Assembly (NCBI GenBank): GCA_964508585.1
Contig: CAZDUC010000001.1
Span: forward strand, 6,921 to 41,185
Length of the DNA stretch: 34,265 nt
Reading direction: 5' to 3'
DNA from: an uncultured Candidatus Saccharibacteria bacterium
GTDB taxonomy: Bacteria > Patescibacteriota > Minisyncoccia > Phycocordibacterales > UBA918
Shown here: positions 26,878 through 34,265 of the stretch, piece after piece
Layout: every line of letters begins with the position of its first letter
Position numbering within the stretch: position 1 is the stretch's first letter
Position numbers and translations under genes: made by a program
The notes under the pieces: generated by a model
What the model saw: the letters and a program-made list of their open reading frames with translations, nothing else
The model's database searches: none
What the model was told of the DNA's origin: nothing

Positions 26878-27945
26878 ATGAAAGATTATTACGAACTCCT
26901 TGGTATACAAAAAAGTGCCTCGAAAGACGAGGTCAAAAAGGCTTTTCGAAAGCTTGCATCGAAGTACCATCCTGACAAAAAAACAGGCGATGAAGCAAAG
27001 TTCAAAGAGATCAGTGAAGCCTACGCGACGCTCAGTGATGACAAAAAGCGTGCCGAGTACGATACCTACGGCAAATCGTTTGCAGGGGGTGGTACACCAC
27101 ATGGGCAGTGGGGTGGTGGCTTCCAGGGGGGATTTAATGGAGCAAATGTTGAATTTGACCTCAATGATATTTTCGAAAATTTCGGCGACATTTTTGGAGG
27201 GGGCGGACGTGGCGGACAGCGAGCGTCTCGAGGAAATGATATTTCAGTCGATATTGAGCTCACCTTCAAAGAGTCTATTTTTGGCACGAAGCGTACACTC
27301 AAGCTTGCAAAGAACAATACATGCACTACGTGTCACGGTACTGGAGGAAAACCAGGTACGGACATGACTTCGTGTAGTACCTGTAACGGTAATGGAAGAG
27401 TCCGTGAGACACGGCAGAGTATTCTCGGACAGTTTGCAACTGTGCGTGAATGTTCTGCATGCAATGGAACTGGTAAGATTCCAAAGGAGAAATGTGGTGA
27501 TTGTCATGGTGTGGGGATACGACGCTCGGAAGATACTATCGATATCAATGTACCAGCAGGAATAGAGCCGGGTGAAATGATTCGAATGACAGGGCGTGGA
27601 GAGGGAATTAAAGGTGGCACTCCTGGGGATCTGTACATCAAGGTGCACGTCCAACGCCACCAGACCATTCATCGAAATGACAGTACCCTCGAGAGCACTA
27701 TCAAGGTGAAGCTCACAGACGCAATTCTCGGAGCAACATATGAAGTTGAGACGCTCGATGGTATGGTGCAAATTAAAATTCCAGAGGGAGTGAAGCACGG
27801 TGAGATTCTCCGCATCAAAGGAAAGGGTGTGCCAGTCGGTTCATCTCGCGGTGACTTCCATGTAAAAATAGTTATCGATATTCCAGAAAAACTATCCCGC
27901 TCTGCCCGTAAGCTCGTCGAGGAATTAAGAAAAGAAGGCATTTAG
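26878..27945 (+). CDS. dnaJ: Molecular chaperone DnaJ
   Basis: J-domain with HPDK, G/F-rich region, and four CxxCxGxG zinc-finger repeats. Confidence 0.97.
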   Translation: MKDYYELLGIQKSASKDEVKKAFRKLASKYHPDKKTGDEAKFKEISEAYATLSDDKKRAEYDTYGKSFAGGGTPHGQWGGGFQGGFNGANVEFDLNDIFENFGDIFGGGGRGGQRASRGNDISVDIELTFKESIFGTKRTLKLAKNNTCTTCHGTGGKPGTDMTSCSTCNGNGRVRETRQSILGQFATVRECSACNGTGKIPKEKCGDCHGVGIRRSEDTIDINVPAGIEPGEMIRMTGRGEGIKGGTPGDLYIKVHVQRHQTIHRNDSTLESTIKVKLTDAILGATYEVETLDGMVQIKIPEGVKHGEILRIKGKGVPVGSSRGDFHVKIVIDIPEKLSRSARKLVEELRKEGI

Positions 27946-27962
27946 CTAAACGAACCGGAACG

Positions 27963-28005
27963 ATAATGTAAATCGTAGGGGTCTGACCCCTACGATTTAC
28001 ATTAT
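27963..28005. repeat. REP-like perfect palindrome (left copy); also a bidirectional terminator
   Basis: ATAATGTAAATCGTAGGGGTc-tg-aCCCCTACGATTTACATTAT: 19-20 bp perfect stem. Sits 17 nt after the dnaJ stop and 4 nt beyond the stop of the minus-strand transposase gene. Confidence 0.85.
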
Positions 28006-28009
28006 GAGA

Positions 28010-28618
28010 TTACTCTATAATTGATTTCTCTCTCTGTCTTCTTTGATATATATCTTTTGCAAGTTCCTGTGATTTTTCAACATTATATGATGTCTTCAAA
28101 TCAATAAGTTTACTCTGATGGTGACCCTGAAAATATGAGGAGCTTGAATAACAGATATCATCAGGACGTTGTGTCATATGAACGATGTGATTTTCATTAA
28201 CGTAGGCAAATACATATTTATACTGCTCATCGGTAGTTACATGAACACGTTTAAAACGCCCCTGAAATAATGCCCCCGATCTATCATACTTTTCATTAAA
28301 GTATGAAGTAAATCCACCTGAAACTCTTTTAACGAATTCGCTGATACCCCCCTCAGACAGTTGTTCAATGAGTAAATGGTAATGATTAGGAAGCAACGAA
28401 AATGCGTGGACACGAACAAGTCTATCCTTTGGATCATCAATGACTAAAGTTAAAGCGTGTGAATAATTTAGTATTGGCTCTACTGTATTAAACAAATACA
28501 TCGATTGATAAAATCGAATGTAATCTGTTTTGTCATGGAATATTTCACGCTTATCGACACCACGATTGAACACGTGATACACTTCACCAGTAATGAGGGG
28601 AATAATTTTTCTTGGCAT
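28010..28618 (-). CDS. HUH/Y1 tyrosine transposase, IS200-like / REP-associated (RAYT-like)
   Basis: YHVFNRGVDKREIF, HUH motif LLPNHYHLLI, GALFQGRFK, and Tyr-helix YVFAYVNENH. Start set at Met 28618 (MPRKIIPL), because the longer track ORF runs through the upstream palindrome. Confidence 0.85.
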   Translation of the reverse strand: MPRKIIPLITGEVYHVFNRGVDKREIFHDKTDYIRFYQSMYLFNTVEPILNYSHALTLVIDDPKDRLVRVHAFSLLPNHYHLLIEQLSEGGISEFVKRVSGGFTSYFNEKYDRSGALFQGRFKRVHVTTDEQYKYVFAYVNENHIVHMTQRPDDICYSSSSYFQGHHQSKLIDLKTSYNVEKSQELAKDIYQRRQREKSIIE

Positions 28619-28646
28619 ATATACATTATATACTGATTCTTGCAAA

Positions 28647-28671
28647 ATCGTAGGGGTCAGACCCCTAAGAT
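28647..28671. repeat. REP-like palindrome (right copy)
   Basis: ATCGTAGGGGTCAGACCCCTAAGAT matches 27972-27996 at 23/25 positions in direct alignment and 24/25 in inverted alignment. Lies 28 nt upstream of the transposase start. Confidence 0.8.
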
Positions 28672-28764
28672 TCAGTAGGTATATAGTAAATGAGATGATG
28701 GCGGTATACACAGATATTGCGGGTACATAACAATATATACTCATAAAAAGCATATAATAGACAA

Positions 28765-29244
28765 ATGGACACTGACAGTATTATCTCACTCCTCAAAGAG
28801 TCTGTTTTACTACTTTCTGTTTTTGGTGTACTACTCCTCTACGCTATGGCAAAGGGGCGCTATGCACTCATTAACGTGATTCTTGCACTCTATCTGGCAT
28901 TGCTCATTTCTCTCAAATTTCCGTACTACGACCAGATTGCAGAGGGAAGTGGTGAGGGTACCGCGGTTGCAAAAATTTTAATCTTTCTCTCATTTGTGGT
29001 CGCGGGTACGTTCCTTTTCAGACGGCATATTCCAGGCGATGACTACGAACCTGCTTTTTACAGGTTTTGGAAAAAGCTGCTCCTCGCGTGCATGGGGACA
29101 GTGCTCATTATGATATTTAGTTTTCATGCGCTTCCGGTGACTGAGATTATCACTCCAGGAACGCCGATTCAGGCACTTTTTGCATCTGCAGATAATTTCT
29201 TCTGGTGGCTCGTTCTTCCACTTTTTGCGCTCTTTTTGGTGTAG
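28765..29244 (+). CDS. Small polytopic membrane protein (4-5 TM), function unknown
   Basis: 159-aa ORF dominated by hydrophobic segments. TATAAT at 28753-28758 lies 6 nt before the ATG. Confidence 0.65.
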   Translation: MDTDSIISLLKESVLLLSVFGVLLLYAMAKGRYALINVILALYLALLISLKFPYYDQIAEGSGEGTAVAKILIFLSFVVAGTFLFRRHIPGDDYEPAFYRFWKKLLLACMGTVLIMIFSFHALPVTEIITPGTPIQALFASADNFFWWLVLPLFALFLV

Positions 29245-29311
29245 TGTCGAGACGTCGTGTTGGACTACCTGCATGGTGGACGCTCTCAACACGTTGGACA
29301 AGGACTAATAC

Positions 29312-29339
29312 TTGACAATAATTTTATATATGCTAAAAT
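29312..29339 (+). promoter_or_regulatory. Strong sigma-70-type promoter ahead of the polyamine module
   Basis: TTGACA (29312-29317), 16-nt spacer containing TGc, TAAAAT (29334-29339). Confidence 0.55.
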
Positions 29340-29555
29340 TGAAAACATTCATATTTATGAATACTAAAAAAAACTCACATATTTGCACGTTTTGTTTAAC
29401 AGAGTCTTTGTATGGGGCTAGTGTTGATGTATTAATATCTGCTCAAAAATTACGTTTCGATTAGGCCACCCTTGCACGGTGGTCTGTTTGTATCTACCTA
29501 TACAAAGCAATTAATTCTTACACACGAGTATTATAAATTGAAAATATCTAATCTG

Positions 29556-29966
29556 ATGGGAAAATCAAATGCATTTGAACAGTTTGGTGTACATCTCATG
29601 GTGGATGGCTATGGGGCTTCTCGAGAAATACTCAAAAACAGAGAGTTGCTCACAAAGATTCTTCATGATATCCCAGTGGAAATGGGTATGCACCTTATTT
29701 CTGATCCGGTTGTCATTGAAGTCGGACCAAAAAATCGCAAGGACCCAGGAGGTCTCAGTGGATTTGTGCTTATTGCGGAAAGTCATTTTAGTTTTCATAC
29801 CTTTCCAGATAGAGGTTTCATAACACTGGACATCTATACTTGTCAAAATTCTCTCGACACCTCACGCTTTATTGAACGTTTTAAAGATGTATTTAAACTT
29901 TCTTACGCTGATTCTTATGTACAGCCGAGAGGTATATCCTATCCTTCTGAGAATTTTTATATGTAA
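29556..29966 (+). CDS. speH: SpeH/SpeD class-1 pyruvoyl-dependent decarboxylase proenzyme (AdoMet decarboxylase family; substrate uncertain)
   Basis: FGVHLMVDGYG...LIAESHFSFHTFPDRGFITLDIYTC contains the Glu-Ser self-cleavage site (ESH) of the family. Start set at Met 29556 rather than the TTG at 29472. Confidence 0.8.
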   Translation: MGKSNAFEQFGVHLMVDGYGASREILKNRELLTKILHDIPVEMGMHLISDPVVIEVGPKNRKDPGGLSGFVLIAESHFSFHTFPDRGFITLDIYTCQNSLDTSRFIERFKDVFKLSYADSYVQPRGISYPSENFYM

Positions 29967-29979
29967 ATCTAATACTTTT

Positions 29980-31014
29980 ATGAAAAATACTAAGAAAAAA
30001 CAGCTTCTTAATACCGCAATTCGTCATATCGATATCAAAAAACATGATACGAGAGCTTTAATTAAAGATATGAGCACTATGTCTTTTTCAGCTCGTGATC
30101 TTGCACGCGCGAGTGAAGTATATGACCTGATGCTTAAAGACAAGAAGTGTACTGTTTTTCTTAGTCTTGCTGGAAGTACCAGTGCAGCAGGATGCATGCA
30201 GGTATACGTTGATATGGTAAAAAACAACATGATTGACGCCATTGTAGCAACAGGTGCATCAATCGTGGATATGGATTTTTTTGAAGCTCTTGGATACAAA
30301 CATTATAAAGGTTCTCAATTTGCTGATGACTCTGAACTTCGCTCTCTTTACATTGACAGAATCTATGACACATATATAGATGAGGAGGAGCTACAAAATT
30401 GTGACATGACTATTAAGAAAATAGCAGATAATCTTGAAGTACGACCATACTCATCACGTGAATTCATATACGAGATGGGGAAGTGGCTTCATGAAAATCC
30501 AAAACTTGCCAAAAAGAAAGATTCATTGGTCCAAGTTGCATATGAACACAATGTTCCGATATTCTGCCCGGCTTTTGTTGATAGTAGTGCGGGACTGGGA
30601 CTTATCGTACACTATGTGGAAAGACCCAATAATCACATAGTCATTGATTCAGTAAAAGATTTTCTCGAACTCACTCAGATAAAGATGCATACCGAAGCAT
30701 CAGGTATTCTTATTGTTGGAGGAGGAGTACCAAAAAACTTCCTTCAAGACACGGTAATTGGAGCTGAGGTGCTAGGGAAAAAAGTACCCATGCACAAATA
30801 TTCAGTCCAAATTACTGTTGCCGATGTGCGTGACGGTGCACTTTCTGGTTCAACTCTTAAAGAAGCTGGCTCATGGGGTAAGGTAGATAAATCCTATGAA
30901 CAAATGGTTTTTGCTGAAGCAACTACTGTCTTACCACTTCTTGCAGGATACGCATACCATCAAGGTAATTGGAAGAAACGCAAGCAAAGAAAACTTACTG
31001 AAATTTTTAAATAG
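29980..31014 (+). CDS. Deoxyhypusine synthase-like enzyme (DHS / DHS-type homospermidine synthase family)
   Basis: LSLAGSTSAAG, VATGASIVD, IFCPAFVDSS and GGGVPKNF, plus the catalytic-Lys box EAGSWGKV (compare EAVSWGK in DHS). Start set at Met 29980 to remove the overlap with speH. Confidence 0.85.
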   Translation: MKNTKKKQLLNTAIRHIDIKKHDTRALIKDMSTMSFSARDLARASEVYDLMLKDKKCTVFLSLAGSTSAAGCMQVYVDMVKNNMIDAIVATGASIVDMDFFEALGYKHYKGSQFADDSELRSLYIDRIYDTYIDEEELQNCDMTIKKIADNLEVRPYSSREFIYEMGKWLHENPKLAKKKDSLVQVAYEHNVPIFCPAFVDSSAGLGLIVHYVERPNNHIVIDSVKDFLELTQIKMHTEASGILIVGGGVPKNFLQDTVIGAEVLGKKVPMHKYSVQITVADVRDGALSGSTLKEAGSWGKVDKSYEQMVFAEATTVLPLLAGYAYHQGNWKKRKQRKLTEIFK

Positions 31015-31016
31015 TC

Positions 31017-31889
31017 ATGATTGATTCAATCGTTGGCGCACCATTTTCAGAGGCAGATGCTGTCGTCATTGGTATACCATATGAAAAGACCGCTTCCTTT
31101 GGAAAAGGGGCATCTTCAGGACCAGAGGCTGTGATCAATGTTCTCAATGATAATCTTGAATTTTTTGATCGCTTCACGCACACTTCACCAGCGTATGATT
31201 TTGCATTTGGTGCTGAAATCCTTGAATCAGTAAGAAATCTTGCTCCAGTGGAAATGGTGGGAATAGTCAAAGAAATAATTCTAAAAGAAAACCGTTTTTT
31301 TGTACTTTTGGGTGGAGACCACTCTGTTTCAATTGGTGCTCTTCAAGCACTTGCACAGAAATATAATCCTGCTGAGATAACTGTGGTCCAGCTTGATGCT
31401 CATTTCGATATGAGAAATGACGACTCTGATTACAATGAAGAAAATCCAGGATCTTATGCTCACTCAACTGTCATGCGAAGAGTACATGAACTTGGCTATG
31501 CTGTGTTACCTATCGGTATTCGCACCATGTCTAAAGACGAGTTTATCTATGTACAAGAGAACAATATACTTTTCTATGAGTGGGGGAGAATGGATAAGAT
31601 AATTCCCACTATCAGTGAAGTACTTCACAGTATCAAAACTGACAAAGTCTATATCACCATTGATGTCGATGGCTTTGATCCTTCCGTGATGCCAGGAACA
31701 GGGACACCTGTTCCGGGTGGCATTTCCTGGGAATACGGTGAGGCACTTATTCGTATGATTATGCAAACAAAGGAGGTGGTTGGAAGTGATATTGTTGAAA
31801 TTGCTCCTCTGAAAGGGAATGTCCTAACCGAGTATAATGCTGCGCAACTTATCTACCACATGTTATCACTTGCGATGCTGAAACATTAA
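31017..31889 (+). CDS. speB: Agmatinase-family ureohydrolase
   Basis: Mn-binding motifs GGDHSVS, QLDAHFDM and ITIDVDGFDPSVMPGTGTPVPGG. Begins 2 nt after the DHS-like stop. Confidence 0.88.
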   Translation: MIDSIVGAPFSEADAVVIGIPYEKTASFGKGASSGPEAVINVLNDNLEFFDRFTHTSPAYDFAFGAEILESVRNLAPVEMVGIVKEIILKENRFFVLLGGDHSVSIGALQALAQKYNPAEITVVQLDAHFDMRNDDSDYNEENPGSYAHSTVMRRVHELGYAVLPIGIRTMSKDEFIYVQENNILFYEWGRMDKIIPTISEVLHSIKTDKVYITIDVDGFDPSVMPGTGTPVPGGISWEYGEALIRMIMQTKEVVGSDIVEIAPLKGNVLTEYNAAQLIYHMLSLAMLKH

Positions 31890-31938
31890 TACGACACTAC
31901 ACTCAATACAAAATTATCACAGACTCTAGAGTTACTCT

Positions 31939-33009
31939 ATGGAATTCGCACTTATTGCATCAATAATCAGTGGTATCTGTCTCGCACTTATGGTAGTGAC
32001 AGATAGACTGATGGTCGGAGACTGCTATCAAGGCAATTCGAACCATGCTTGGTTCGTGAGTTCACTTGCTGGTTCAATTTTTGGTCTCATACTTACTTTT
32101 CTTGTTTCAGTAGCCATGATTGTCATAGGTATGATTACCACACATGAGTTTTTTTCTACTTTCATTGAAATGTTTTGGTGGAGAGGATTCCTAATGATAC
32201 TGATTGGTGCAACTAGCATACAACTTCTTCTTCATTATTTTCGTTGCTTTGTGGAGGAAGCACACTCAGCTTCAGTAGCTGCCTGGCTTGCAGCAACTCC
32301 CATCTTTGTATATGGTGGCATGCTACTCCTCACGCTTATTGAAAATACTAGTCTAATTCGTACTATTATAGAACCCTGGTGGATTTTAGGAATTGCACTT
32401 GCTACTTTCGGACTTGTAACCTTTGAGCGTCTTACTATGGGAAAGGGCAATGAAATTGGAAAATATAGAAAAGACCTTGTACTCATGCTTATATGTAACG
32501 TTGTGTACATTATCGGACTTCGTCAAGTGCTTGGACACAGCACCGAGGGAAGAGAACTCATAGAAGCTATTGCGCTCATGCCATATTATTGGATTGGATT
32601 TGGTGCGGGAATTCGTACTTTATTCACACAAGGGGCATCGGGCAGTCTTAAACTAAGTTGGTACGCGCGAATCCGGTATTTTATTCTACCAATACTTTTT
32701 GTTGAAGTAATTGGTATGTGCGTATTTTGGTTTGAATATCTTGGTATCACTGAACTCGACCCGACCTACGTCAGTGTTATCATAGGTGCAAATGTATTTC
32801 TAGTATACGTAATAAATATTAGCCTTGGTTTTCTTCGAAAATCATTAGAAAAACATGAAAAGGACTCTATTCAATTTTGCAAAATAAAACTTGGAGTTTC
32901 AAACTTACCAGAAATAAATATCAATCCAAAGCATATATCCATGGAAGTCCTGACAATTTTGCTTACTGGGATAGGAATAGGGCTTGCGACCGCCTATGGG
33001 GTACACTAA
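31939..33009 (+). CDS. Polytopic membrane protein (about ten hydrophobic segments by eye), possible DMT-like transporter
   Basis: 356-aa ORF, hydrophobic throughout, directly downstream of the polyamine genes. The transporter assignment is inferred from topology only. Confidence 0.65.
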   Translation: MEFALIASIISGICLALMVVTDRLMVGDCYQGNSNHAWFVSSLAGSIFGLILTFLVSVAMIVIGMITTHEFFSTFIEMFWWRGFLMILIGATSIQLLLHYFRCFVEEAHSASVAAWLAATPIFVYGGMLLLTLIENTSLIRTIIEPWWILGIALATFGLVTFERLTMGKGNEIGKYRKDLVLMLICNVVYIIGLRQVLGHSTEGRELIEAIALMPYYWIGFGAGIRTLFTQGASGSLKLSWYARIRYFILPILFVEVIGMCVFWFEYLGITELDPTYVSVIIGANVFLVYVINISLGFLRKSLEKHEKDSIQFCKIKLGVSNLPEININPKHISMEVLTILLTGIGIGLATAYGVH

Positions 33010-33090
33010 GGACTATACTCAAAAAGACATTACCATTCCACTGTAGATAAGTATAAATCTACCATCTATGAAGGAGTATAATGAACATGT

Positions 33091-33228
33091 ATGCATACGA
33101 GTGGATCAGTACGATTAAAATTTTTTCTCATCACACTCATTTTCTTATTCACACTTTCCGTGATGAGTCTCTACTATCGGTACATGATACTCCATGACTA
33201 TACTGTATATCTAGTAGCGGAAGAATAA
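33091..33228 (+). CDS. Candidate 45-aa single-TM small protein
   Basis: MHTSGSVRLKFFLITLIFLFTLSVMSLYYRYMILHDYTVYLVAEE. A competing 38-aa ORF in another frame (33081-33197) sits closer to the AAGGAG at 33071-33076, so the coding call is weak. Confidence 0.3.
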   Translation: MHTSGSVRLKFFLITLIFLFTLSVMSLYYRYMILHDYTVYLVAEE

Positions 33229-33235
33229 ACACCTT

Positions 33236-34265
33236 ATGTCACCTCTCGATCATGTCATCAATGATAGCCTCGGATGCTTATGGGAGGCACCGCATTTTTT
33301 GTTTTTTTCAAGTGAAGTTGAACAACTTGTAGTATACTCACATCTTTTCCCAGGAACTGCATCCCTCATTTTTGCAACAATACTCCTTTTTAAACATAAA
33401 AAGGATTTAGAAATATACTTACTCTCCGCACTCTCCTTTCTGTTTTCATTTTTTGCGATTATTGATTTGCGTCTTTGGGCACTTCTTGATCCGAATCAAA
33501 TCATGTTCTTGTGGTCATTTATTAATTACATTGAACCACTGCTGTATCTCCTCACTGCTTACCTTGTAATACGATACGCATTCAGAGGAATAATACCACA
33601 CTCTATTATCTATTGGCTTGGTTTAGGATATATCCCAATTATTCTTTTTGGTCCGACAGATCTTAATCTTTCAGGATACGATTATTCAAACTGCGATCGC
33701 CTCGCTGTTGAAGGAAATCTTGTTAACTATATTTATGGTCTTGAAATTTTTGTTTTACTTCTCATCATAACCACCACCATATATACATTATGGAAGTCAC
33801 AAAATTCAGACCATAAAAAGACAACAATTATATTGGTAACTGGTTCTATTTTATTCCTTTTTACACTGTCGTCTGGAAATATTTTTGGTACATTATTCCA
33901 AAGCGCTCTTGGAGAAAATGCATGGATGCTTGCACAGTACGGGCTCTTAGGTATGCCAATCTTCCTCGGTACTATCATTTACATTATTGTTAAATTTGAG
34001 GCATTCAACACAAAGCTCTTTGGCACCCAAGCTATCGTAATTACCTTATGGACACTTATTGGTTCACTTTTGTTTATTGCACAGAGTATCCAGACAAAGA
34101 TTGTTGCAGGTATTACCCTTATCATGATTTCTTTTTTTGGATATTTCTTAGTAATGAGTGTCAAAAAAGAAATCCAACAACGAGAAGAAATCACTGCACT
34201 CGCACTGAGTCTTCAAAAATCAAACGAAAAATTAAAAGCGCTTGATAAACTGAAGTCAGAGTTTA
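33236..34265 (+). CDS. Sensor histidine kinase, N-terminal multi-TM sensor region (3' partial, runs off the window)
   Basis: Not in the ORF track because it has no stop in the window. Hand translation from ATG 33236 is open for 343 codons to the window edge. It shows about 7 hydrophobic segments, then a coiled coil ending in ALDKLKSEF, the usual lead-in to the HisKA H-box. Confidence 0.75.
   Translation, partial: MSPLDHVINDSLGCLWEAPHFLFFSSEVEQLVVYSHLFPGTASLIFATILLFKHKKDLEIYLLSALSFLFSFFAIIDLRLWALLDPNQIMFLWSFINYIEPLLYLLTAYLVIRYAFRGIIPHSIIYWLGLGYIPIILFGPTDLNLSGYDYSNCDRLAVEGNLVNYIYGLEIFVLLLIITTTIYTLWKSQNSDHKKTTIILVTGSILFLFTLSSGNIFGTLFQSALGENAWMLAQYGLLGMPIFLGTIIYIIVKFEAFNTKLFGTQAIVITLWTLIGSLLFIAQSIQTKIVAGITLIMISFFGYFLVMSVKKEIQQREEITALALSLQKSNEKLKALDKLKSEF

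Larger units (their letters stand above)
27963..28671 (-). mobile_element. RAYT/IS200-like unit: Y1 transposase gene bracketed by related hairpins
   Basis: Combination of the three features above. One of only two minus-strand genes in the window. Confidence 0.7.

Noticed and set aside
28619-28753. 45-aa N-terminal extension of the transposase ORF given in the track (start at 28753)
   Set aside because: The extension reads through the REP-like palindrome and a TATAAT box, and is hydrophobic junk (MLFMSIYCYVPAISVY...). Y1 transposases of this family begin close to the YHV.NRG motif, so Met 28618 is preferred.
29472-29555. TTG-initiated 28-aa extension of the SpeH-like ORF; likewise 29872-29979 for the DHS-like ORF, 23031-23081 for rplM and 12343-12390 for the M16 gene
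   Set aside because: The extensions overlap upstream genes or non-coding leaders and add residues not found at the N-termini of these families. Internal ATG starts give canonical N-termini and sensible gene spacing.

Overview
Compact, almost entirely plus-strand chromosomal segment of a small-genome bacterium. The gene families suggest a Candidate Phyla Radiation/Patescibacteria (Parcubacteria-like) organism: a DUF5671-like membrane protein, a sigma-region-4-only HTH protein, a short AlaRS and many bitopic hypotheticals. This taxon call is inference only. The standard code applies, because TGA is used as a stop (e.g. the ATGA overlap at 8944-8947). Housekeeping backbone: leuS, mltG, mnmA, alaS, infA-rpmJ-rpsM-rpsK-rpsD-rpoA-rplQ-rplM-rpsI and grpE-dnaK-dnaJ. 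Less ordinary content, in order of interest: (1) an IS200/RAYT-type HUH tyrosine transposase on the minus strand, bracketed by two copies of a GTAG-containing palindrome directly behind dnaJ; (2) a tight polyamine-type module with no aminopropyltransferase or canonical arginine decarboxylase in it: SpeH-family pyruvoyl decarboxylase, deoxyhypusine-synthase-like enzyme, agmatinase-family ureohydrolase and a polytopic membrane protein; (3) an ATP-cone/Mrr-like nuclease fusion translationally coupled to mnmA; (4) an orphan Cas4-like Fe-S PD-(D/E)XK nuclease followed by a coiled-coil protein, a RelA/SpoT-type HD hydrolase and an active/inactive M16 peptidase pair; (5) a 13-copy heptamer tandem array flanked by an 11-bp direct repeat, upstream of a divergent FtsA/PilM-like ATPase and a bitopic partner; (6) a long non-coding region upstream of grpE with a perfect 20-bp palindrome instead of a CIRCE element; (7) a recurrent -10-like hexamer 6-9 nt upstream of start codons at operon heads, suggesting leaderless mRNAs. 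Two genes are absent from the supplied ORF track: rpmJ (20138-20254, too short) and a sensor histidine kinase that runs off the 3' edge (33236-34265). No rRNA, tRNA or CRISPR array was found. I cannot claim a demonstrably new system from sequence alone; the candidates above are ranked hypotheses with explicit tests.
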